DNA from: Picochlorum sp. SENEW3
Lineage: Eukaryota
Direction: 5' to 3'
NCBI GenBank assembly: GCA_034226945.1
Contig: CP120454.1
Coordinates: forward strand, 806,001-870,000
DNA length: 64,000 nucleotides
Under the pieces are notes generated by a model. It did not search any database. It saw only the letters and a program-made list of their open reading frames with translations, and was not told the origin of the DNA. Position numbers and translations under genes: made by a program. Below are positions 50,127 to 62,859 of this stretch, piece by piece (positions within the stretch are counted from its first letter, which is position 1; every line of letters starts with the position of its first letter).

Positions 50127-51020
50127 ATGGTGTTCTTCGGTGGTTGGAATAGAAGGAAGAAGGAGGCGGATGTGGATCAGACTGTAGACAACAACATTCC
50201 ACAGGCACATGGTGCTCTTCCTGCTCTCGATCCTGTTCCATACGATGATGGGACCAAGGAAGTGGAGTTGAAATCAGGAAAAAGTAGTGGGCTTCAGTTT
50301 TCTGATGATTCGTTGAGTGTGGAGATTGAACAACCCAAAGATGGTTTCTTTTGTAGTGTCAAGGTGCTGGGAAAGATTCCCTTGCCGCCGAAAGAGGTTT
50401 TTGATATACTAACGAATCCAGATAACAAGCGTGTGTTTCGATCTATCAAGCGTGTCAACTATAGGAAGGTGCTCAAGGATAATGGGCATGGGAAGAAGAC
50501 GATTGAAGTGGAGCATGTGGGTCGGTGGCGGTTTGGACCCATACGGAGTGAATTTGTGGTGAGGATGAACGTGTTTCAGGATCGAAATCGTGGAAAGATT
50601 AAATTCAAACTGTTGAAAAGTAGTTTGATGAAGGATTTTTCTGGGGAGTGGACGATTGAACCGTATGATAAGGATTCTCTGGATGAATTGGTCAAATATC
50701 CAGGGAAAAAGTGGGGTCCAATGCATCATTTCAGCAAGGCGGTGCATAGGTTTGAAGAGTCACTGTGGCACACGAGAACAGATTCTCTGGTGCAGCTCCG
50801 TCAATCTGTGCAGCCTCGATTGTTACCTCCGCCACCGTTGGATCGCGTGTTGAAACAGATTACACTTGCGCAAGTGAGGACAATAATGCAAGATTTGTTG
50901 GATGAGACACATCGAGCAAATGATGCAGCAATGAAGAATACCAAAAAACAAGTGGATAAAAAGCCATTGAAAGGCGTTGTAGATATATTGTCATTTTGCA
51001 GAAATATTCATACACCATGA
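50127..51020 (+). CDS. START/polyketide-cyclase-fold (DUF220-like) protein
   Basis: Motifs PPKEVFDILTNPDNKRVFRSIK and IKFKLLKSSLMKDFSGEWTIEP. Confidence 0.65.
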   Translation: MVFFGGWNRRKKEADVDQTVDNNIPQAHGALPALDPVPYDDGTKEVELKSGKSSGLQFSDDSLSVEIEQPKDGFFCSVKVLGKIPLPPKEVFDILTNPDNKRVFRSIKRVNYRKVLKDNGHGKKTIEVEHVGRWRFGPIRSEFVVRMNVFQDRNRGKIKFKLLKSSLMKDFSGEWTIEPYDKDSLDELVKYPGKKWGPMHHFSKAVHRFEESLWHTRTDSLVQLRQSVQPRLLPPPPLDRVLKQITLAQVRTIMQDLLDETHRANDAAMKNTKKQVDKKPLKGVVDILSFCRNIHTP

Positions 51021-51034
51021 TATTATTAGTGTTG

Positions 51035-51914
51035 TTATCGAGATAATTTGATTTCTTTTGATGTAAATTTCTTCACGAGCCCTTTCAGGGTGTCATTCAT
51101 TTGGGTCTGTTGCTGGCCAGACTTGTACGACATCATCTGTATATATAGATATATGGTATATGATATGTGTGTGTCGCTCTAAAAAAAACATGTATAGGAA
51201 AGTACAATAGTAATAATACTAATACAACGTACCTTCAAGTTCATTGCACGCTCGATTGCCTTGGGGTCAACCAATTCAATCATACCCTACGCATATAGAA
51301 GCAAAGTGAATCAATATAGTATTGTCATTATATAACCAAGTCGGAATATACTATATTCACACGTACGTCTTTGCACATTTCGTTGATTGCGTGGGCAAGA
51401 TCCACATATTGCTGAAAGAGCACACCATCACTCAGTCCCTGTTGGGTCCCTGGAAGCACATCCTTGAGCACACCAACTAATGACTCTAAAAAATCTAATA
51501 CTGCACAATCATGAAAGTGTCATGCCTGAGGCCATCATCATATAGAAGAAGATAAAGAAGACGCACAAATTAATTCATCATAATTGCCTGTTCCAAGGGC
51601 AAAGAGAATGACTTCTTCAGACACCAATCCAACCACCTTTCCATTCCTGCACGCATTGAGGGCAATATGAGTACATATATACTGAAGATCCATATTTCTG
51701 GACACAGAATAGCGCCGTACTTGAACCGTCCTACGACTTCGAGACCATGAACTACATCATGACTTCCAACAGCCTCATCGAATGATGTTCTGATTTCAGC
51801 CTTTTGTATGTCATTAAATTGGTCATAAAACCTCTCATATATCACATATCCATCCAGGGTTGACAAAAGAATGCACTGAATACGACCACCGTATGACGAT
51901 GTGGTAGTGGCCAT
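51035..51914 (-). CDS. Longin/sigma-adaptin-like small subunit resembling TSET TSPOON/LOLITA
   Basis: Five exons (introns 51647-51720, 51501-51566, 51287-51366, 51137-51232) give GYVIYERF...LFALGTGNYDELILLDFL...LKDV...FQQYVDLAHAINEMCKDGMIELVDPKAIERAMNLK. Confidence 0.72.
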
Positions 51915-52253
51915 GGTTGTTTAAAACAGAGTTTTTCAATGGTCACGCGCTTGTTACAAGGGGGCGTATTTCATGATCAATATATACATTTATTTATCTG
52001 TGAGAGTGTCTCATGAGGATGGAAGGCTCGTAGGTACTCATCGATTCATTGCAATATCCAGCAGAGGTGATGAATTGAAGATTCATGAATCATTGATCAA
52101 TGATTGGAGACCTAGCTAGGCACTATATAGTGGATGATGGTTCTTCTTTGTCATCGTTTCTTCAGAATTCAGGAAACATTGATTGATGCTTTGAATTCAG
52201 CATATAGTGTGGTGCATCGGCTAGGGATGATGTAATCAAGAGGAAAGAAACAA

Positions 52254-52291
52254 GTTTGTTTCACCGAGGAGATTGCTTCGGTGAAACAAAC
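52254..52291. repeat. Perfect 14-bp inverted repeat (hairpin)
   Basis: GTTTGTTTCACCGA-ggagattgct-TCGGTGAAACAAAC. Confidence 0.9.
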
Positions 52292-52408
52292 ACACGAGGT
52301 AGGTACACGATGCAGGTGATCCTGCCCACGATTACTACACGATTACTACTGTAATTTCATTTCTTTTGTGATACTCATTTGATTGTCGTCGGTACTTCTC
52401 ATATCAAT

Positions 52409-53110
52409 ATGAAATCATCAACAACAAGTGTCATCTTTGCTTGCTGTGTTCTCCTTCTGGCATTAGCCCCGGTTGCATTATCTGCTAGAATATGGAATGA
52501 CAATACCAACGACGTGGTTAATATTACGTTGAATGGGGTCAATATATTTGGTTTGAAGAACTTTGGAGAGATTTTCTATTACGAAGATCAGAAATTGGTT
52601 GGTTATGAAGGACAAGTCAACAGCTTTGACTTGGGAGCCAAGTCCCTTGATACCCTGAAAGACGCGTTTGTCGACAAATTTAGAGGACCTCCAGGGACCA
52701 ACACAACTCTCAAGGTGCAGAATGGTATCGTTGTTGGATCGTTTACGAATGAAGCAGCTGGTTTGGTCTTTGTGTTCAATGGAACATCCCCAGACAGCAA
52801 CCCAGTCAGTTCAACACCCTGCGCCAATCCACTGACAAGAGGACTTTTCGACAAATTCACGGGACCAATAGGTCCAATTACAGACATAGAAGTCACAAAT
52901 GGTACAGATATTGGAATTTTCAACAATGAAGGACTTGACTGCATCTTCAGGAGAGACAGTCAAGCAAGTGATGCACGATCCTTTGTGACAGGACCACAAG
53001 GACCTGATGCTGTTCTGAATGCTGTCAACACGACCACGATTGCCAACTTTACAAACTATGGAAAGCTCTTCATCTACAATGATAAGCTTCCTGTCAAATT
53101 CTTGTGGTAA
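52409..53110 (+). CDS. Secreted 233-aa protein of unknown function with internal repeats
   Basis: Signal peptide MKSSTTSVIFACCVLLLALAPVALSA; 3-4 imperfect repeats; several N-x-T sequons; TGTAA about 55 nt after the stop. Confidence 0.8.
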   Translation: MKSSTTSVIFACCVLLLALAPVALSARIWNDNTNDVVNITLNGVNIFGLKNFGEIFYYEDQKLVGYEGQVNSFDLGAKSLDTLKDAFVDKFRGPPGTNTTLKVQNGIVVGSFTNEAAGLVFVFNGTSPDSNPVSSTPCANPLTRGLFDKFTGPIGPITDIEVTNGTDIGIFNNEGLDCIFRRDSQASDARSFVTGPQGPDAVLNAVNTTTIANFTNYGKLFIYNDKLPVKFLW

Positions 53111-53340
53111 AGGTCGATTCTCTTTTTCCAATTGTCCAATAACGTTCGTCTGAGGAACTCTAGTGTAAATAACACACAGTCTCACGTGCTAGATTTGAAA
53201 AAACAATGAACACATTTTTTACCAAAAACACTATCACACGATCGATCAACCTCCAGAGAAATATATTTAAATTGAATCGAGAACAATCGTTGAAGCATTT
53301 GAGTATCCACGCGTGTCAACAGTCCACAGCGAAAAGAAGC

Positions 53341-54379
53341 ATGTCATCTGCAGTGCCTGGAACCCTCAAAGAAGGACTGAATGTCGCAAAGGATGGATGG
53401 TTCACAGAGTTGAGTACAATGTGGCCTGGTCAGGGCATGTCATTCAAAGTAAATGAGGTTGTCCACACAGCCCGGAGTGATTTTCAGGTGTGTTTGCATG
53501 TGTGCATGGCGGCACCTGTGTGTGTATCTTGACGGGGGTATGGGTGCGATGACCTTGTATGTGTTTTTATTATTGCAGGATGTTGCGATTGTGAAGACAG
53601 ATGCGTTTGGAACCGTGCTTATTTTGGACGGGGTTATTCAGTGCACAGATAGGGACGAATTCTCCTATCAGGAGATGATTACGCACTTGCCAGTGTGTGC
53701 GCTGCGCAGAGAGCCAAAGAAGGCCTTGGTCGTTGGAGGAGGTGATGGAGGAGTATTGAGAGAGTTGAGTAGATATACCAGTTTAGAAGAGATTCACATT
53801 GCTGAGATTGATGGCATGGTGATTGATGTTTCCAAAAAGTTTTTCCCAGGCATGGCTGTAGGGTTTTCTGATCCAAGAGTGTCTGTGCATGTATGCGATG
53901 GTATCAAGTTTGTACAAGAAGCTGCAGAGGGAACCTATGACGTTATTGTTGTTGATTCATCTGATCCTGTTGGACCAGCTGAGGTGTTGTTCCAGGAGCC
54001 TTTCTTCCAGTATATGCACAAGGCACTCAAGCCTGGAGGCATCGTGTGCACACAGGCTGAGAGTCAATGGTATCATTTGGAAATTATTAAATCTCTGGCG
54101 GCCATGTGCAAGAAAGTGTTCGTAGGAGGGACGGTGCAGTATGGATATACAACAATCCCAACATATCCATCTGGACAAATTGGGTTTATGGTATGCACAA
54201 AAGCAGATACGGATGGAGGGGCCAATGACCCACGTGTAGCAAAGAGACAGCCACCCGCTCCTGCAGCTGGATCGGGACTGACGCCATTGAAATATTACAA
54301 TCCAGATCTGCACAAGGCTGCCTTCATCTTGCCAACATTTGCTCGGGAAGCTCTCAAAGACTCCTTGTCATTTTCATAA
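53341..54379 (+). CDS. SPDS: Spermidine synthase
   Basis: Intron 53488-53578. Motifs WPGQGMS, LDGVIQCTDRDEFSYQEM, VGGGDGG, IVVDSSDP, PTYPSGQIGF. Confidence 0.95.
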
Positions 54380-54507
54380 ACTTGATTGTGATGTTTTTTT
54401 ACAAAAGCTGATAATGTCAAGAGCAAAAGTCTCGTGTAAAAACATACAGATTCCCATGATGAATGACACTATCATTTGGCGTGAAAAAAAGGGGTTCAGT
54501 CTTCTCT

Positions 54508-56017
54508 CTAGTGCTTCTTTGGCTTGTATTTCTTCACCATTTCAGTGTACAAGTATGTACCTGCAAGCGCAATACCTGTTCCAATCTTTGTCTGTGTAGT
54601 CAATGTATTTCCAAAGAACAAAACAGATGTAGCGATAATCACCACTCTCTTCACCACATTGCAGACTCCATGAGACACTGGGGTCACACGGCCTAATGTA
54701 TTGAAAGCAAACTGATTGTACAAATGATACAAGAGTCCAACAGAGGCCAAGGGCATTGCGAATTCAACAGCTCCCTTCTCGGCGACTTGCTGCTTGATTG
54801 CCTCAAACACGGAAGACTCACACAACAAGACACCTGGAATGCAGATGAAGCAAGAGATCAATGTGGTCCAGGCATAGATGGCTGTGGATCCGAGGTCTTT
54901 GATATCAGTCATTGCCTTCTTAGACCACACTGCTCTGAAACCAAACGTCAGGTTGGACATCATAGCAGACAAGAACCCAAACCAGTTGAATGACAACTCG
55001 GCCGCAGAAGCCAGGGCAACTCCCACCATGATTGGTACCAAAGCCGAGGCGACTGGCAATGGAGTCGCCTCACCCAAGATGACCTTGGACAGGACAACAT
55101 TAAATGCTGGCTCCATAGTCTTCACAGTGTGTGTGAGAGAAATAGCAACTGCTGCAAAAGACAGGTTGGCAGCCACATGCCCAATAGCGTGCATTGCAGC
55201 TGGTGGGAAAATAGCTTTGAACTCAGATTTTGTAATTGGTCTTCCAAAAGAAGCCTGCTTGGCTCCAAATGCGTACATAGCCGTGCAGTAGAGAGCACCA
55301 ACGACAACATGGATGGTGGACACAAACCATGGATATGGGAAATAGTTGAAAATGACCTTGTTCTGAAGATTGAAAGCAACATTCAGTCCATACCAGAGGG
55401 CAATGTATCCCAATGTCACCACCCCTGGAGCATTCTTTGGACCAACAACTTTGGAAACAACTCTGCATCGCACAATAGAAAACATAAAACGTATCAGACA
55501 AACGTCTACAAGCACCCCGTCGTAGGGTCAAAATCTCCCATGCACCGACATCTCCCCATACCCAACGCATAACCCTTCATTTGTTATAAAAATACCATCA
55601 ACGCAGCAAGGAACGCATGGCGTGATCAAAAACACACTTTTCCACTGGATCCAGACTCTGTTGCGCATACGAATCAGCAGCAGCAGCACAGATGTTCAAT
55701 TCACCCCGCGATTGCTTTGATTCCAAGGTCACATGTGGAACCAAAGTTTTCTGTGCCCTCGCAAAGGACAATCGCTGAGCCGAGCGAACGACCCCCTGCA
55801 CACAAAAGTTGATGCCCTGAAACACTGTCGTGAGACGCCATGGCTATATCGCCGCAGCACCGATGCAAGAATATGAACCAAAATACCCTTAGATAGATAT
55901 TTAATGCGTGTTCAATCACATCGACCGATGTAACATGGAAAGAAAACGATATCGTACCTGAGGGCCCCTTGCTGCCAAAGGTCTCGTCGTAGTATTTGCA
56001 ATAGTGACTGTCTGCAT
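54508..56017 (-). CDS. TPT: Plastid triose-phosphate/phosphate translocator
   Basis: Introns 55796-55957 and 55463-55637. Motifs WYGLNVAFN.QNK, THTVKTMEPAF, HLYNQ, SHGVCNVVKRV. Confidence 0.9.
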
Positions 56018-56410
56018 CTTGATCAGTTTCTTACTCGTCTTAAAATTGCAATTAAGTAAAATTTACGAGAGAAGAATAAGAATATTGGGGCAATGTGCGT
56101 GACATTTTGCATCCTTGTAGAAAAATTATCCCATGGTGAGGGCGCCTTCCAAGATGCTACAGCCGGTCCTCGTCTTCAATGCTGCTGCATCCACAGCTGA
56201 AGTGAATTGCAACTGCTTTTTTTAGGCGATACATCGCTTCATATATAGTATAGAGGAACTGTTCATGATGATGTGTATGACGTGCTATCCATCACGCCTC
56301 AAAAAAGAATAATGGATGTATTATAATTACAATGTCTGCCCCACAACAGAGGTGCGCAAGGACAACAAGGTCCTTCCTATGCACAACACAAAATGCGATA
56401 CAATGAATAC

Positions 56411-58002
<1,592 letters not shown>

Positions 58003-58715
58003 TTATCAGAAACGACTGGACTTAATGGCCAACAGCGTGCAATTAGGTGGATTTGCATCCTTTCCTTTCCTGCTTGAAGAACTCCAATCATGACACCACA
58101 AGACGATGGTGTCTTGTCCAGACTGCCTCAGACACACAGGTGCGTGCAAACCCGAACAGACATGTTCCTTGTCGTACGTACAAACAATGGTAGGAGGGCA
58201 GAAAAGCAGAGCAGTGTGGAATTTGGCACTGCGAATTGTGTATTCTCGGCCTCTGACACCCATGGCTTGTGGGACAATGAGATGCCGAGAACGCTTTGCA
58301 GCGCATGGACTACGTTGTCCCCTTGCATCCTGATGACCACCCCTTATCTGCATAAAGAATAGGAAAAATAAGATACGCTAGGGTTCTTGTGGATGCAAGA
58401 TCTTCGACACCAGAGTTTCAATTTATTTTTTTGAATTGTTTGGTTTCAAGCTGGTACAGGGTTTGGTGCCTCTCCGGCAACTGTATCTTGAACGTGCCCT
58501 TGGAAAACTTCTACCAATACAGTAGGCACTGATACTTGAATATCTGCCACCTTTGAGAAGGAAAAGATTAAATATTTGAAATTATTTTTGCGGTTTTGGG
58601 ATACGCCGAACGTGTCAGACAGAATCGTACGATTTATGTAGCATTCGTTCACTTTGCAATAGTTGAGACCTGAGAGAACAACGTGCTTCCATCATTCTAT
58701 TCTACTGATCAAAGC

Positions 58716-59951
58716 ATGCTTCTCAAGTACAAATCATTATTGCTTCTTCTTGGGATGTCGACGTTGGCTTTTTCGTCCGCTGTCGATCCCACAGCACCGA
58801 GGTCTGTGCAGGTTAAACAGGTTGTTGCCTCAAGCAGCACAACTGTATCGGCGACCATTTCCTGGTCAGTGGCAAAGACGCCTTCCACAGACATGACGTG
58901 GGCATTGAATTGTGTGCGAGAGGACGAAGAGAGGGGTGCATCGCGTTGTAATGCTCCTGGCGTGCTTCTGGATGGCTTGAGGCCAAGCACACGGCAAGCT
59001 ACAATTGGGGATTTGGAGAAAAATACGAAATATCAATGTTGGGTACAGGCTAGGAGCTCGGACAGTGTTGTATGCTCCAAAGAGAGCGTCGAAATTGGGT
59101 ATTTTTACTATGCCGAAAATGGCATCACGATGTTGTGCCCAGAGGCAAAGGTGGGTGATTGGCAGGTGATGGATTCAGCCATGTGGATCAAGTTGGATAG
59201 ACCATGGCTAAACGCCCTTGTTACTGGTGGAGAGAAGGTATGGGAGTCATTCAGCACGACATGTATTTCTGGTGTGAATGATACTTCTTTATTGTTCCGG
59301 AACGTCAATTTGAATGGTGACATACAAAGTTGGGACACAAGTTCAGTCGTCATGATGCAAGACATGTTTGAGTTCAATGAAGCCTTCAATCAGGATATTA
59401 GCGCATGGGACACCAGTGCTGCCCAAAAGATGAACGGCATGTTTCGCGGTGCTGTATCATTTAATCAGGACCTGTCCTCATGGAATGTCGCTGCTGTGCA
59501 AGATTTTGGAGCAATGTTCCTTGATGCTCCTGCATTCAATGGAAATATCACCACGTGGAATACACAGTCTGCTGAAACGATGCGATCCATGTTTTTGCGT
59601 GCGACCTCGTTCAACCAAGATATATCCTCTTGGAATGTGCAGTCAGTGAAAGACTTCCACACCATGTTTGATAGAGCAGATTCCTTTGATCAGCCAATAG
59701 GTTCTTGGGACACGAGTGGAGCCACTTCCATGCAGGGCATGTTTAACAACGCCATGAAATTCAATCAGGACATTAGTGGATGGAACACTAGCTCTGTCAC
59801 CACCATGAAGAATATGTTTATCAAGGCTCAATCCTTCAATCAGGATCTGTCCGCATGGAACGTTGCCAGTGTGACAGATTGTGCTGGGTTCTCCAGAGAC
59901 GCTACCAACTGGACACTTCCCAAGCCTTCATTCGTACAATGCACAGTATAA
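58716..59951 (+). CDS. Secreted protein: signal peptide + FN3-like domain + DUF285/BspA-type repeats
   Basis: Intronless. FN3 pattern APRSVQV...ATISW...TIGDLEKNTKYQCWVQA; eight 25-aa FNQDISxWxxxxxxxMxxMF repeats. Confidence 0.88.
   Translation: MLLKYKSLLLLLGMSTLAFSSAVDPTAPRSVQVKQVVASSSTTVSATISWSVAKTPSTDMTWALNCVREDEERGASRCNAPGVLLDGLRPSTRQATIGDLEKNTKYQCWVQARSSDSVVCSKESVEIGYFYYAENGITMLCPEAKVGDWQVMDSAMWIKLDRPWLNALVTGGEKVWESFSTTCISGVNDTSLLFRNVNLNGDIQSWDTSSVVMMQDMFEFNEAFNQDISAWDTSAAQKMNGMFRGAVSFNQDLSSWNVAAVQDFGAMFLDAPAFNGNITTWNTQSAETMRSMFLRATSFNQDISSWNVQSVKDFHTMFDRADSFDQPIGSWDTSGATSMQGMFNNAMKFNQDISGWNTSSVTTMKNMFIKAQSFNQDLSAWNVASVTDCAGFSRDATNWTLPKPSFVQCTV
59310..59909 (+). repeat. Eight tandem 75-nt (25-aa) DUF285-type coding repeats
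   Basis: Recurring ttcaatcagga...tggaa/tggga...atgtt with a 75-nt period. Confidence 0.85.
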
Positions 59952-60159
59952 TCATCCATCTGAATCATCTTTTTGCGTGTAACTTCGTCGTCTCTCGACA
60001 TAATGATGAGCATTCGTTGCTCCAACTCATTGTCCTCTGCATTGTGGAAGGCAAACACGGGGCAAGGATACCGTGTCAACCGCATCCAACTGGACTGCCA
60101 CTGCAGAGATGGCAGATATTCAAACTTTTTGAACCGAGAGCACAGTCTATTTATTCAAA

Positions 60160-62700
60160 ATGGACTTTTCTATGACCTCTAAACAAAACTTAATGGGCTT
60201 TCACGACGAATCAATTGCACGTGATGCCCGATGGCTTCATAGATTGTGTTTTTCACGTGCTCTCGTGAAGAAGAGTGCTCCATGGCACGGGACCCCTCTG
60301 CTTTTAAATCTTAATACGGCAGCATCGAGAAGAAAGGCAATAATAAATTATAGTCTGTCAAGCAACGGTAGATCTCATCTGGCTGTGAGGCCCACGGACT
60401 TGCATACAAGCAAACCACCTTTGAGTCTTCGAAGACTTGACTGTCGGGTCCATGGGAGCCATTCGCATCACCATTCCCACGATCATGACCACTCATGCTG
60501 CTCTAGCAGCTTAGATTATACTAGTGATGAAGACGGCGCCGAGGCTACGTCCGATGATGTGACAGATTTGACCAGATTTCTCAAGAAGGTATTCCGCTGG
60601 ACAGGATTGCAGCAGCTGGGGTGGTATTTAGAGCAAAGTACGTTTAGCAGTTTCATGAAGATTGCATGCTTTGTTGCAGCAGCACTTTTGCACTGGTATG
60701 CTTCTCACAATGCGAAAATCTTGGGGGATGTGGCCGTGGAGAATGCCAAGGTGATGTTGGCGAACAAAGTATCAATGGCATGCACTGCCATGGTATACAT
60801 CTTCGCTGGATTGCCAGCCTTGTTATCGCTTGTCCTGGATGTGGCATCACTCAAAATAGATACTCACGTTTTAATGAATTTAGCAGTCATCGGGACTCTT
60901 GTGGCGGGGCTACCATTGGAAGGGGCACTGTTGTTGGTCCTCTTCCAAACATCTCACGCAGTAGAGCACATGCTCACTGACAAGGCCAGGGGGAGTTTAA
61001 AGGCTTTGTTCGAATCTGTGCCTGATCATGCAGATCTTATACGCTTGAACAGTACCGGAGATCCCGATATGTCCTCCCTTCGTCATGTTCGGGCACGTGA
61101 TGTGGCAGTGGGTGAGGTGTTGTTGGTGAAACCAGGTTGTCAAGTTCCATTAGATGGGACCATTGTGCATGGCCAAGCTCTGGTCAGTGCAGAGCACATA
61201 ACAGGAGAATCGGTCCCTACTCTAAAACGCCAAGGAGATGTTCTTCCTGCAGGCTCTCTCTGCCATGATGGTGCACTCTGCGTACAGACGACGAGGACAT
61301 CAGAGGACTCAACACCTGCAAGAATCGCACAGTTGGCGCGTGATGCCCAAGCAAAAAGGCCCAAACTTCGCACCTTCCTGGAGGTTTTCGGAGGATTATA
61401 TAGTAAAATCGTTATAGCCGGATCATTGTTATCCTTTGCTGTCATGGTCGCATTAGGAGTGCCGATAGTTGGAATGGGAACAAGCAAAGGGGCCCTGTAC
61501 AGAGCTATGGGCTTTCTGACTGTGGCATCTCCATGTGCGCTCGTTTTGGTGCCAATGGCGTACGTATCGGCTATCGCTACATTAGCCTCCCGTGGTATTC
61601 TTCTCAAAGGAGGTAGAGTTCTAGATGCAGTGCGATTTTGTCGCATTATTGCAATGGATAAGACTGGCACCCTGACAACTGGATCATTAAAAGTACAACA
61701 TGTGCTGCCCATACCATGTGAGGCTTACGATCAGGATGCCATGACCCTGCGCGATGTACGGTCCGTCGCCAAGTCATTATCTATACGTAGTTCTCATCCT
61801 GTATCCAACGCTGTGATATCTGATGCGGCCTTGCATGGGCTAGCAGATGTTGATCTTGCTTTGTCAGAGTTCAACCTGGTTCCTGGTGGTGGGGTGACAG
61901 GCAATGTCGTTCTCGAGTCGGGCAAATCTTACAAAGCTATGTTCGGATCCTTGGAATTCACTTCAGGAGAAATGAATATGGACCTGGTGGAGCAAATCAA
62001 AGAGTTGATGTCGCAGATGGGAGTAAAAAATGCCATCTTCAGTGTCCTGGTTTTAAAGGACGAGGCATCTGACACAGTACAGTCTGTCACCGCTTTTGTT
62101 TGCGAGGATTCCATCCGAGATGCCAGCCTCGACGCAGTCCAGTCTCTTCGTCATGGGACATGGGACGGAGCGCCCAAAAAATCCGAATGCAAAATCGTCA
62201 TGGTGACTGGTGACAATGAAGCGAGTGCTTCCAAGATTGCAGACGCCCTTGGCATCTCCGAGGTATATTCTGGTCTGACGCCAGAAGAAAAGCTCAAGAT
62301 TGTCAAAACATTGTCCAAGGAAGCAAACAACGGTGATTCGAAGAAGTCGTCAGTGATGATGATTGGGGATGGCCTGAATGATGCAGCAGCGCTGGCTGCT
62401 GCCAGAGTTGGGGTGGCTATTGCTTCCCCAACAACTGCAGCCGCATCACTTGCTTCGGACGTCGTCATCATGAATGACTCCTCCGGAGTATCTAGTATCC
62501 CTGTTCTATTACGAGTATCGCAGCTCACCCATCGAATTATAGTACAGAATGTTTTGTTAGCTGCTGGTTCCATCTTGGTCTTGGCTCTTCCAACAGTACT
62601 GGGATTCATTCCCTTGTGGCTTGCTGTCATGTTCCATGAGGGCTCCACACTTCTGGTTGCACTAAACTCATTGCGAATTCTTCGCCTATCCCTTTCTTAG
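60160..62700 (+). CDS. HMA1: Chloroplast P1B-4 heavy-metal ATPase
   Basis: His-rich HGSHSHHHSHDHDH; motifs TGE, SPC, DKTGT, HP, GDGLND, HEGST. Start codon uncertain. Confidence 0.92.
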   Translation: MDFSMTSKQNLMGFHDESIARDARWLHRLCFSRALVKKSAPWHGTPLLLNLNTAASRRKAIINYSLSSNGRSHLAVRPTDLHTSKPPLSLRRLDCRVHGSHSHHHSHDHDHSCCSSSLDYTSDEDGAEATSDDVTDLTRFLKKVFRWTGLQQLGWYLEQSTFSSFMKIACFVAAALLHWYASHNAKILGDVAVENAKVMLANKVSMACTAMVYIFAGLPALLSLVLDVASLKIDTHVLMNLAVIGTLVAGLPLEGALLLVLFQTSHAVEHMLTDKARGSLKALFESVPDHADLIRLNSTGDPDMSSLRHVRARDVAVGEVLLVKPGCQVPLDGTIVHGQALVSAEHITGESVPTLKRQGDVLPAGSLCHDGALCVQTTRTSEDSTPARIAQLARDAQAKRPKLRTFLEVFGGLYSKIVIAGSLLSFAVMVALGVPIVGMGTSKGALYRAMGFLTVASPCALVLVPMAYVSAIATLASRGILLKGGRVLDAVRFCRIIAMDKTGTLTTGSLKVQHVLPIPCEAYDQDAMTLRDVRSVAKSLSIRSSHPVSNAVISDAALHGLADVDLALSEFNLVPGGGVTGNVVLESGKSYKAMFGSLEFTSGEMNMDLVEQIKELMSQMGVKNAIFSVLVLKDEASDTVQSVTAFVCEDSIRDASLDAVQSLRHGTWDGAPKKSECKIVMVTGDNEASASKIADALGISEVYSGLTPEEKLKIVKTLSKEANNGDSKKSSVMMIGDGLNDAAALAAARVGVAIASPTTAAASLASDVVIMNDSSGVSSIPVLLRVSQLTHRIIVQNVLLAAGSILVLALPTVLGFIPLWLAVMFHEGSTLLVALNSLRILRLSLS

Positions 62701-62859
62701 ATTTGTATCTGTAAAGAGATCGTCTCGCTGTATTCTTTTGTATGTTTCTCCTACTTGAGTAGTGTGGGTCACAGCACCAGTGCATTGGCTTTCCCACACT
62801 GGTTCCCACTCATCTGACTTGGCTGCGCTCAGGCGACAAAGCCATTAATTATTTCAAAT

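Noticed and set aside
56353..56362. TGCGCAAGGA resembling part of U6 snRNA
   Set aside because: The flanks do not match U6 (no ACAGAGAAGATTAGC).
59310..59909. 75-nt periodicity considered as a CRISPR-like array
   Set aside because: The repeats are degenerate, in frame and explained by the protein repeat; there is no constant repeat/unique spacer structure.
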